Assembly (NCBI GenBank): GCA_044358425.1
Contig: CP054849.1
Coordinates: forward strand, 700,053-721,632
Length of the DNA stretch: 21,580 nt
DNA from: Marine Group I thaumarchaeote
GTDB lineage: Archaea; Thermoproteota; Nitrososphaeria; Nitrososphaerales; Nitrosopumilaceae
Direction: 5' to 3'
The position numbers and the translations under genes were made by a program. Shown here in pieces: positions 14,679 to 21,580 of the stretch (position 1 is the first letter of the stretch; each line of letters begins with the position of its first letter). Under the pieces are notes generated by a model that was not told the origin of the DNA, made no database searches, and saw only the letters and a list, made by a program, of their open reading frames with translations.

Positions 14679-15490
14679 TGAAAATTACAACATACACAAC
14701 TACAGGAACCAAAGATGGAGAAATGGAATTACCAATAATTTTCTCAACACCATTTAGAAGAGAATTAATTCACAAAGCATGGATAAATCTTACATCTCAC
14801 AAATTCCAACCACAAGGAAGACATCCAAGTGCTGGTCAAGATGTTGTTGCAGATTCAAATGATCCACCAACAGGTCAAGGTGTATCTCGTGTTGCAAGAG
14901 CTCAAGGCGGAGGCGGTGGAAGACAAGGTCAAGGTGCAGAAGTTGCTTCAACTAGAGGTGGAAGACAAGCACATCCACCAATTGTAGGAAAAGTAATTTA
15001 CAAAAAATTAAACAAAAAAGAAAATAAATTAGCATTGTGTTCAGCTATTGCTGCCACATCATCAAAGACAATAATAGAGTCAAGAGGTCACAAAATTGAG
15101 GGCATAGAATCATTCCCAATAATTGTTTCAGATGATATTGAATCAATTTCAAAATCAAATGAAATGGTCAAAGTATTAGAATCTCTAAAACTAACACAAG
15201 ATACAGATAGATTAGAATCAAGAAAATCACGTTCAGGACAATCTCGACTAAGAGGCAGAAGTAAAAAAGTCGGAAAAAGTGTTTTGTTTGTTACTAAAGA
15301 TGATAAAGAAGTGTCTAAAGCAATAGGCGCATTACCAGGAGTAGAAGTAAAAAGTGTAAAAGACTTGAGTGTCTTAGATTTAGCTCCAGGTTCACATCCA
15401 ATCAGATTAACAGTGTATTCAAAATCAGCAATAGAAGAAATTGCAAAAATTAAATCAACACATCTAGAAGTAATGGTGAAATCACAATGA
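14678..15490 (+). CDS. rpl4: 50S ribosomal protein uL4
   Basis: 270 aa with a Gly/Arg-rich loop (RAQGGGGGRQGQGA..RGGRQAHPP). GGAGG at 14663-14667 precedes the ATG. Overlaps the uL3 stop by 1 nt. Confidence 0.95.
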   Translation: MKITTYTTTGTKDGEMELPIIFSTPFRRELIHKAWINLTSHKFQPQGRHPSAGQDVVADSNDPPTGQGVSRVARAQGGGGGRQGQGAEVASTRGGRQAHPPIVGKVIYKKLNKKENKLALCSAIAATSSKTIIESRGHKIEGIESFPIIVSDDIESISKSNEMVKVLESLKLTQDTDRLESRKSRSGQSRLRGRSKKVGKSVLFVTKDDKEVSKAIGALPGVEVKSVKDLSVLDLAPGSHPIRLTVYSKSAIEEIAKIKSTHLEVMVKSQ

Positions 15491-15753
15491 ATGTAGATAC
15501 AGCAATGAAAATAATTGTCAAACCATACATTACTGAAAAGACATTTGCCATGATAGAAAATGAAAATAAAATCTGTTTTATTGTTGAATTATCTGCAAAA
15601 AAACCAGAAATAGCAGAAGCAGTCAATACACTTTACAAACAAAAAGTAATCAAAGTAAACACAGCAAGAACAATTTATGGTAAAAAGGCATTTGTTCAAT
15701 TTGAAACCACTGAAAAAGCTAGAGATCTCGCAACAAAGATAGGAATGCTCTAA
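15487..15753 (+). CDS. rpl23: 50S ribosomal protein uL23
   Basis: 88 aa with PYITEKT and KAFV motifs. ATGA overlap with uL4. Confidence 0.9.
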   Translation: MNVDTAMKIIVKPYITEKTFAMIENENKICFIVELSAKKPEIAEAVNTLYKQKVIKVNTARTIYGKKAFVQFETTEKARDLATKIGML

Positions 15754-15797
15754 TATGGACGATAAAACTCGAAGTAGATTAACATTGGAGGAAAAAA

Positions 15798-16193
15798 TTG
15801 GTTAAAGAATTTCAATATAGAGGACTAACTAAGGAAGAATTAGACAATACTTCATTAGAAAAATTATTCTTACTATTCAACTCTAGACAAAGAAGATCTC
15901 TTACAAGAGGGATTACAGATGGAAAAAGAAAATTAATTGAAGAAATTAAAGCTGCAAAAGCAGGAAAATTGAAAAATCCAATCAAGACACATCTTAGGGA
16001 TTTAATTATTCTACCATACATGGTAGGCGTTACAGTAAATGTTTTCTCAGGAAAAGAATTTCGTCCAGTAAATATTACAACAGAAATGGTTGGTCGATAT
16101 TTGGGAGAATATGTCATAACAAACAAGAAGGTACAACACGGTGCACCAGGAGTAGGAGCATCAAGATCCAGCCTTTACGTACCATTGAAGTGA
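15798..16193 (+). CDS. rps19: 30S ribosomal protein uS19
   Basis: 131 aa with KEFQYRG at the N-terminus and HGAPGVGASRSS at the C-terminus. TTG start is preceded by GGAGG at 15787-15791. Confidence 0.9.
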   Translation: MVKEFQYRGLTKEELDNTSLEKLFLLFNSRQRRSLTRGITDGKRKLIEEIKAAKAGKLKNPIKTHLRDLIILPYMVGVTVNVFSGKEFRPVNITTEMVGRYLGEYVITNKKVQHGAPGVGASRSSLYVPLK

Positions 16194-16657
16194 TTATTAT
16201 GGGTAGATTCGATTACGCTTTCCAAAATTATGATGCAACTAGACATGTTAGATCATCAGTAAGAGAAAAAGACATGTCTCATAAACACGCAAGAGAAGTT
16301 GCAGTTGCAATCAAAGGACTATCCATTGAAAAAGCTAGAGACTTTTTGTTAGCAGTAATCAATCAGAAAAGAGCAGTTCCATTTAGAAGATACAAAAATC
16401 AAGTTGGACACAAAGCAGATCCTGGAGTAATGTCAGGCCGTTATCCACAAAAAACAGCAAAAGAATTCATCAAAGTTTTAGATAATTTAGAATCAAATGC
16501 AGAATACAAAGGAATGGATTTAGATAGATTAAAAATTGTAAACGCTACAGTACACAAAGGAGTTATTGTAAAAAGATTCATTCCAAGAGCAATGGGTAGA
16601 GCAACTCCAAAGAATAATGTATTAACACATGTGGAATTGGTGGCCCAGGAGATTTAG
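16190..16657 (+). CDS. rpl22: 50S ribosomal protein uL22
   Basis: 155 aa with the L22 pattern ([25 protein letters not shown]). The start is either GTG 16190, overlapping uS19, or the in-frame ATG 16199. Confidence 0.9.
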   Translation: MIIMGRFDYAFQNYDATRHVRSSVREKDMSHKHAREVAVAIKGLSIEKARDFLLAVINQKRAVPFRRYKNQVGHKADPGVMSGRYPQKTAKEFIKVLDNLESNAEYKGMDLDRLKIVNATVHKGVIVKRFIPRAMGRATPKNNVLTHVELVAQEI

Positions 16658-16659
16658 AT

Positions 16660-17448
16660 ATGTCAGCAGTGAAAAATGTTATCAAAGATAATTACAACAT
16701 GATGTTGTTAAAAGATTATTTGAAAATTGCAATTAAAGATGCAGGATTTTCGCATGCAGAAATATCAAAGACACCAACAGGTACAAGAGTTGCATTACAC
16801 GTTACAAGACCAGGTATAGTTATCGGTAGAAAAGGTTCAGGAATTAGAGACCTTACAGAAAAACTGGCAACAGATTTTGGTTTGAAAAATCCTCAAATTT
16901 CAGTTAATGAAATAGAAAAACCAGATTTATCATCAAGTGTAATGTGTAATAGAATGGCATCACATTTGGAGAGAGGAACAGCATTTAGAAGAGCAACCAT
17001 GTGGACTATGAAACAAATTATGGAAAGTGGTGCAATGGGTGTTCAAATTACAATTTCAGGAAAACTTAGAGGTGACCGTTCTGCATTTGAGAAACATGTT
17101 GCAGGAATTTTACCTAGAGCAGGTCACCATGCAGAGGTTATAGTTGATGAAGATATTGCACACGTAGAAACAGCAATGGGATTAATTGGAATTAGAATAA
17201 GAATTGCAAATAAGGAAAAAGTCATTCCAGAATTTGAATTAATTAAAGAAAAGAAAAAGAAAGAATCAAAAGAAAAACCAATCAAAAAAGTTGAAGAAGT
17301 TAAAGTTGATGGAGATGTCAAAGTTGAAGTAATCAAGGTAGAGACAGATGAAGAGAAAGCCAAATCAGAATCAGAACAAATTGCAATTGAGGCTGAAAAA
17401 ATGAAAAGTTTAGAAACATTAGAAGAAGATGAGGCAACAATGAAATGA
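16660..17448 (+). CDS. rps3: 30S ribosomal protein uS3 with a Lys/Glu-rich C-terminal tail
   Basis: 262 aa with a KH-domain core ([15 protein letters not shown]). AGGAG lies at 16647-16651. The tail runs from about residue 196. Confidence 0.95.
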   Translation: MSAVKNVIKDNYNMMLLKDYLKIAIKDAGFSHAEISKTPTGTRVALHVTRPGIVIGRKGSGIRDLTEKLATDFGLKNPQISVNEIEKPDLSSSVMCNRMASHLERGTAFRRATMWTMKQIMESGAMGVQITISGKLRGDRSAFEKHVAGILPRAGHHAEVIVDEDIAHVETAMGLIGIRIRIANKEKVIPEFELIKEKKKKESKEKPIKKVEEVKVDGDVKVEVIKVETDEEKAKSESEQIAIEAEKMKSLETLEEDEATMK

Positions 17449-17651
17449 CCAAAATAAGTATGAAAACAGTAAACAACTTGAATGAGAAAGATCTTAAAAG
17501 TAAAATTCAAGAAAGCAGAACAGAGTTAGCAAAACTCAAAGTAGATTCATCTAAAGGAACATTAAGAAAAGAAAGTGGTAAATTAAAACCAATTCGCCAC
17601 AACATTGCAAGAATGTTAACCAGATTAAACGAAATGGAGAAAAAGAAATGA
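17445..17651 (+). CDS. rpl29: 50S ribosomal protein uL29
   Basis: 68 aa helical protein with the [10 protein letters not shown] motif. ATGA overlap with uS3. Confidence 0.85.
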   Translation: MTKISMKTVNNLNEKDLKSKIQESRTELAKLKVDSSKGTLRKESGKLKPIRHNIARMLTRLNEMEKKK

Positions 17652-17914
17652 TTACCATAGATACAATTGCTAGACACGAGTTAATCGGTTTAGAAACACA
17701 AGTAGTAGAATCAAGTAATTTACAATTAGTAGGATTAAATGGAAGAGTAATCAATGAAACAAAATCCATGTTAACAATAAACACAAAAAAAGGTAAAAAA
17801 ATGATTCCAAAATTAACCAGTAATTTGAAATTTTTCATTAAAGGGGAAAGTTTCTTAGTTAATGGATCATCAATTGCAAAGAGACCATTTGAAAGATTAG
17901 GAGCAAAAGCATGA
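17648..17914 (+). CDS. rnp1: RNase P protein component 1 (Rpp29/Pop4)
   Basis: 88 aa. HELIGLETQVVES..GLNGRVINETKSML is the Rpp29 Sm-like fold signature. It holds the archaeal-specific position between uL29 and uS17. Confidence 0.75.
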   Translation: MITIDTIARHELIGLETQVVESSNLQLVGLNGRVINETKSMLTINTKKGKKMIPKLTSNLKFFIKGESFLVNGSSIAKRPFERLGAKA

Positions 17915-18240
17915 CTAGAAACATAGGAATCAAAGTAAACGCACCTAAAGAGGAACCAAAAGATGGTGATACAAAAAATCCATTTAACGGAACACTTTCA
18001 ATTCGTGGAAAGTTATTTGAAGGTAAAGTCATTAAATCAAAAGCAAAAGATACAGTAGTCATTCAAAAAGAATCTCCTGTTTACTTTACTAAATTTAAAA
18101 GATATGCTAGAAATACAAGTACCATTCATGCACACGTTCCATCAAACTTAGTAGTAAAAGAAGGAGATGTAGTAGTTGCTGCAGAGTGTAGACCAATAGC
18201 AAAATCTGTATCATACGTAGTAATCGAGGTAAAAGCATAA
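17911..18240 (+). CDS. rps17: 30S ribosomal protein uS17
   Basis: 109 aa with an OB-fold pattern (GKVIKSKAKDTVVI, GDVVVAAECRPIAK). Confidence 0.9.
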   Translation: MTRNIGIKVNAPKEEPKDGDTKNPFNGTLSIRGKLFEGKVIKSKAKDTVVIQKESPVYFTKFKRYARNTSTIHAHVPSNLVVKEGDVVVAAECRPIAKSVSYVVIEVKA

Positions 18241-18662
18241 TGGCAAAACAAGCAGGTAAAGGCGTAGAAGAGTTCCGCCCATATGTAACAAGATCAATAC
18301 CAGTAGGTGCAAACATCACATGTGCTGATAATTCAGGTGCAAAAATTTTAGAAGTAATCAATGTTCCAAGACACAAAACAAGAGCATCAAGACTTCCTGC
18401 AGCAGCAGTAGGTGATTTTTGTAATGTTGTAGTAAAGAAAGGACCAGCAGAATTAAGAAAACAAGTGTATGGTGCAGTAATTGTTAGACAAAAATATGCA
18501 GTACGTAGATTAAACGGAGTTAGAGTTTGTTTTGAAGATAACGCAGCAGTATTAATTACTCCAGAAGGAGAAACAAAAGGAACTGACATTAAAGGACCAG
18601 TAGCAGCAGAAGCCTCAGAAAAATGGCCTAGAGTAGCTAACTTGGCATCAACGGTGATATGA
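18240..18662 (+). CDS. rpl14: 50S ribosomal protein uL14
   Basis: 140 aa with CADNSGAK and FEDNAAVLI motifs. TAATG overlap with uS17. Confidence 0.95.
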   Translation: MAKQAGKGVEEFRPYVTRSIPVGANITCADNSGAKILEVINVPRHKTRASRLPAAAVGDFCNVVVKKGPAELRKQVYGAVIVRQKYAVRRLNGVRVCFEDNAAVLITPEGETKGTDIKGPVAAEASEKWPRVANLASTVI

Positions 18663-18666
18663 TAAA

Positions 18667-19107
18667 ATGGTAAAACCAACTAAAATGCGCAATCGAATGA
18701 TTTTCCAAGCTACAATGCAAACTAGAAGTAAACAATTGGGTGCTAATTTATCAAAAGACTTACAAAAAAAATACGGTAAAAAAAGTGCTAGAGTAGTAGA
18801 AGGAGACAGCGTAACCATTCTCAGAGGAGAATTCAAAGGAGTAGATGGTAAAGTTTCAAATATTTCTACATCAAAATCTAGTGTTGCAATTGAAGGAGTT
18901 AAGAAAGAAAAAACTAAAGGTGATAAATTTGACGTTTACATACACACATCAAATCTAGTAATTACATCATTAAACGGAGATGACAAATGGAGAATGGCAA
19001 AATTAGAAGGAAAAGATCCTAGAAAACAACCAAAAGAAACTCCAAAAGAAAATAGTAAAGAAACAAAAGTAGAAAAAGAAGTCGAAAAAAAGGAAGATGA
19101 GAATTAA
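18667..19107 (+). CDS. rpl24: 50S ribosomal protein uL24 with a Lys/Glu-rich C-terminal tail
   Basis: 146 aa with a KOW motif ([18 protein letters not shown]). The tail runs from about residue 115. Confidence 0.9.
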   Translation: MVKPTKMRNRMIFQATMQTRSKQLGANLSKDLQKKYGKKSARVVEGDSVTILRGEFKGVDGKVSNISTSKSSVAIEGVKKEKTKGDKFDVYIHTSNLVITSLNGDDKWRMAKLEGKDPRKQPKETPKENSKETKVEKEVEKKEDEN

Positions 19108-19823
19108 TGGTCAGTATAGCAGGTAGTAAGAAACTCAAACGACAAATGGCTCCACAATTCTGGGGCATTGCACGAAAAGATAAACGATTTATAATTACAA
19201 CAAGACCAGGTCCACACAAAAAGAATTATGCAATCCCAACAGCTGTATTTCTTAGAGACACATTAAAAATAGTTTCAAGTCTCAGAGAAGCTAAAGCATC
19301 AATTTATTCAGGTAAAGTCAAAATTGATGGAGTTGTTAGAAAATCATTACATCATGCAATTGGATTAATGGACGTCATAGAATTAGAAAATGTTTCAGAT
19401 ATCTATCGTCTTGTACCAACAGAAGGAAAAATCTTAAAACCAATTAAAATTGCAGATGCAGAAAAATCTAAAAAATTAGTAAGAATTGTTACTAAAACAA
19501 CAATAAACAAAGGTAAAACACAAACAGGATTTCATGATGGTCGTTCAACACTTGCAGAAATAAATGGAAAAGTTGGCGATACATGTGTTATGCAAATTCC
19601 AGATCAAAAAGTGTTAGACATAATCAAACTAGAAGCAGGATGTCAAGGACTAGTTACACGTGGTGTTAATGCAGGACAAATAGGTAAAATTGAAAGTGTA
19701 GAAGAAGGAACTTTCATTCTTCCAAAAAGAGTTATCCTAATTCTAGGTGATAGAAAAATCGAAATCCCAGCTGATGTTATTATGCCAATAGGTAAAGAGG
19801 AGCCTGTAATTCAATTAAAGTGA
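19107..19823 (+). CDS. rps4e: 30S ribosomal protein eS4
   Basis: 238 aa with GSKKLKRQMAPQFWGI at the N-terminus, followed by S4 and KOW-like regions. Confidence 0.95.
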   Translation: MVSIAGSKKLKRQMAPQFWGIARKDKRFIITTRPGPHKKNYAIPTAVFLRDTLKIVSSLREAKASIYSGKVKIDGVVRKSLHHAIGLMDVIELENVSDIYRLVPTEGKILKPIKIADAEKSKKLVRIVTKTTINKGKTQTGFHDGRSTLAEINGKVGDTCVMQIPDQKVLDIIKLEAGCQGLVTRGVNAGQIGKIESVEEGTFILPKRVILILGDRKIEIPADVIMPIGKEEPVIQLK

Positions 19824-19827
19824 TAAT

Positions 19828-20349
19828 ATGTCTCAAGTAACAGAATCCCCAATGAAAAAAATCTCATTAGAGAAAGTAGTTTTGAATATGGGAATTGGTA
19901 AATCAGGCGATGTAATAGATATTGCAAAAAAAGCATTAGAACAAATTTCAGGTAAAAAACCATCAACAAGAAATGCAAAAGACACCCAAAGAGAATGGGG
20001 AGTTAGAAAAGGAGAACCAATTGGAGTTGCAGTAACAATTAGAGGTAATGATGCAGTAGTATTATTGAAAAGATTGTTAGAAGCAAAAGGAAATTCTGTT
20101 AATGGTAGATCATTTGATAGTTTTGGAAATTATTCATTTGGAATCAATGAACATATCGATATCCCGGGTGTAAAATATGATCCACAAATTGGAATTTTAG
20201 GACTTGGAATTTCAGTTACATTAACCAGACCAGGTTATTCAATTCGTAAGAGAAGTAAACATAAAGCTAGTGTAGGAAAATCACATATTATTACAAATCA
20301 AGAAGCAAAGGATTATCTAACAAAAGAATATGGAGTTACGATAGTATAA
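19828..20349 (+). CDS. rpl5: 50S ribosomal protein uL5
   Basis: 173 aa with LEKVVLNMGIG and FGINEHIDIPG motifs. Confidence 0.95.
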   Translation: MSQVTESPMKKISLEKVVLNMGIGKSGDVIDIAKKALEQISGKKPSTRNAKDTQREWGVRKGEPIGVAVTIRGNDAVVLLKRLLEAKGNSVNGRSFDSFGNYSFGINEHIDIPGVKYDPQIGILGLGISVTLTRPGYSIRKRSKHKASVGKSHIITNQEAKDYLTKEYGVTIV

Positions 20350-20528
20350 TGCCTAAAGATAGATCCTATGAAGCCACTGGTAGAAAAAAACATGATTTTG
20401 GAAGAGGTTCCAGATGGTGTAAAAGATGTGGAGATTATACAGCTGTTATTCAAAAATATGACTTAATGTTATGCAGACGATGCTTTAGGGAAGTAGCAAC
20501 ATCTTTAGGGTTCAGGAAAAATCGGTGA
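20349..20528 (+). CDS. rps14: 30S ribosomal protein uS14, zinc-binding type (MPKDRSYEATGRKKHDFGRGSRWCKRCGDYTAVIQKYDLMLCRRCFREVATSLGFRKNR)
   Basis: Hand-translated 59-aa ORF missed by the track. It has CxxC..CxxC and the canonical slot between uL5 and uS8. TAATG overlap with uL5. Confidence 0.85.
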   Translation: MPKDRSYEATGRKKHDFGRGSRWCKRCGDYTAVIQKYDLMLCRRCFREVATSLGFRKNR

Positions 20529-20534
20529 TAATAG

Positions 20535-20927
20535 ATGCCAGCAACTAATATTTTAGCAAATTTGTTCGTTACACTATACAATAACGAAACTAGAAGGAAA
20601 TCAGATTGCATTATCTTACCAACTTCGAAATTAGGTGTTGAAGTTCTAAAAACACTTCAAAAAGATGGTTATATCGGAGAATTCGAACATATTGATGATA
20701 AAAGAGGAGGTAAATTCAAGATAAACTTGTTAGCAAAAATTACCAAATGTGGTGCAATCTCACCAAGATTTAAAGTAAAAAATGATGAATATAATAACTG
20801 GGAACAACAGTATCTGCCTTCATATGACAGAGGAATGTTACTAGTAACTACAAATCAAGGCGTTATGTCTCATCATGAAGCAATAAAAAAAGGAATTGGA
20901 GGATTTTTAATCGGATATGTCTACTGA
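20535..20927 (+). CDS. rps8: 30S ribosomal protein uS8
   Basis: 130 aa with LANLFVTLYNNE and GGFLIGYVY termini, typical of archaeal S8. Confidence 0.95.
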   Translation: MPATNILANLFVTLYNNETRRKSDCIILPTSKLGVEVLKTLQKDGYIGEFEHIDDKRGGKFKINLLAKITKCGAISPRFKVKNDEYNNWEQQYLPSYDRGMLLVTTNQGVMSHHEAIKKGIGGFLIGYVY

Positions 20928-21474
20928 GCAATTAGAAAAATTTCAAGACGAAGTTGAAATTCCAGAAGGAGTTACAATTACACAAAAAAAACACATGTTA
21001 ACATTTGTAGGTCCATTAGGAAAAACACACCAAAGTTTCCGCAAAATTCCTGTTAAACTAGAAATTGCAGATAGTAAAGTTCTACTAAAAACAATTGAAC
21101 AAAGAAAAAGAGACTATGCAATTTTACATGCAGCAAGATCATTGATTAGAAATATTTGTGAAGGGTTGATTACAGGTTACACAATTAAAATGAAAGTTGT
21201 CTTTGCACACTTTCCTATCACAGTAAAAACTGAAGGAAAAGAGATAATCATTGAAAATTTCCAAGGAGAAAGAGCACCAAGAAAAACAGTCATAGTTGGA
21301 AATACTAAAGTTGTTCCAAAAGGAGAAGATGTCATTCTTACTGGAGAAGTTTGGACAGATATCACTCAAACTGCAGCAAATATTGAATTAAAAACTAAAG
21401 TAAAGAACAAAGATCATAGAGTATTCTTAGATGGTATCTATGTTTTTGAAAAGAAAAAAGGTATTGACAAATAA
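20917..21474 (+). CDS. rpl6: 50S ribosomal protein uL6
   Basis: 185 aa two-domain L6 pattern in the canonical position. Overlaps uS8 by 11 nt. Confidence 0.95.
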   Translation: MSTEQLEKFQDEVEIPEGVTITQKKHMLTFVGPLGKTHQSFRKIPVKLEIADSKVLLKTIEQRKRDYAILHAARSLIRNICEGLITGYTIKMKVVFAHFPITVKTEGKEIIIENFQGERAPRKTVIVGNTKVVPKGEDVILTGEVWTDITQTAANIELKTKVKNKDHRVFLDGIYVFEKKKGIDK

Positions 21475-21488
21475 ATTTCTAATAAATA

Positions 21489-21580
21489 ATGAATATTGAT
21501 CCTGAATTTGTAAAAACTACAACTGAATTTATTGATCAAACTTTAGAGGCTTACAAAGCAGCAGGAGTATCACCAACTGT
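21489..21580 (+). CDS. 5' end of an unidentified gene (MNIDPEFVKTTTEFIDQTLEAYKAAGVSPT..), truncated by the window
   Basis: ATG at 21489 and open to the window end. It sits where eL32 normally follows uL6, but this acidic N-terminus does not look like the basic eL32 core. Identity is unresolved. Confidence 0.3.
   Translation, partial: MNIDPEFVKTTTEFIDQTLEAYKAAGVSPT

Noticed and set aside
18107-18679. 190-aa minus-strand ORF, together with the other antisense or alternate-frame track ORFs: 829-1041, 1900-2157, 2811-3074, 4958-5164, 5000-5188, 6714-7139, 7869-8114, 10563-10877, 10589-10780, 15812-16126, 17124-17510, 17551-17838, 17859-18062, 18648-18836, 19019-19219, 21139-21369 and 21177-21365.
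   Set aside because: Each lies entirely inside or across a confidently identified gene on the other strand or frame. Their translations are low-complexity Ser/Phe/Leu/Ile-rich mirror images of Lys/Glu-rich coding sequence, with no motifs and no promoter geometry.
1-21580. Scan for CRISPR arrays, rRNA or tRNA genes, transposases or integrases, and long direct repeats.
   Set aside because: No regularly spaced direct repeats were seen, no recombinase or transposase-like ORFs, and no GC-rich structured-RNA islands. The only notable repeats are the 29-bp inverted repeat at 1-182 and the short intergenic motifs reported above.
21489-21580. Calling the truncated last ORF eL32 on the basis of operon position.
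   Set aside because: The 30 visible residues are acidic or neutral and lack the basic eL32 signature. They could be a lineage-specific N-terminal extension of eL32 or a different gene, so position alone is not enough.

Overview
This is an AT-rich archaeal chromosome segment, and almost all genes lie on the + strand. An ESCRT-III/CdvB-type gene, eS4 and an RNase P Rpp29 gene inside the ribosomal operon, TATA boxes about 27 bp upstream of first-gene start codons, and very low GC together suggest a Nitrosopumilus-like ammonia-oxidising thaumarchaeon. That assignment is an inference. In order, the window holds: (1) small unknown ORFs at the left edge carrying a 29-bp perfect inverted repeat; (2) a bioA-bioB-bioF biotin cluster; (3) a CcdA thiol-disulfide transporter coupled to a membrane-anchored thioredoxin-like protein, a split DipZ arrangement; (4) a CdvB/ESCRT-III paralog; (5) an unknown 113-aa gene; (6) a two-gene module flanked by long noncoding gaps; (7) DUF371, proteasome alpha and a DUF171/SPOUT methyltransferase; (8) the large ribosomal protein operon uL3-uL4-uL23-uS19-uL22-uS3-uL29-Rpp29-uS17-uL14-uL24-eS4-uL5-uS14-uS8-uL6. 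In the operon uL2 is absent from its canonical slot, and uS14 was missed by the ORF track. The module in (6) is the best candidate for something undescribed. It pairs an 887-aa DEAH helicase (C-terminal DUF1998/MrfA-type Cys cluster, unusual N-terminal double zinc module) with a translationally coupled 209-aa Mesh1/SpoT-type HD-fold protein whose His-Asp dyad reads Gln-Gly. I saw no rRNA, tRNA, CRISPR array or obvious mobile element. Most of the window is ordinary core genome.
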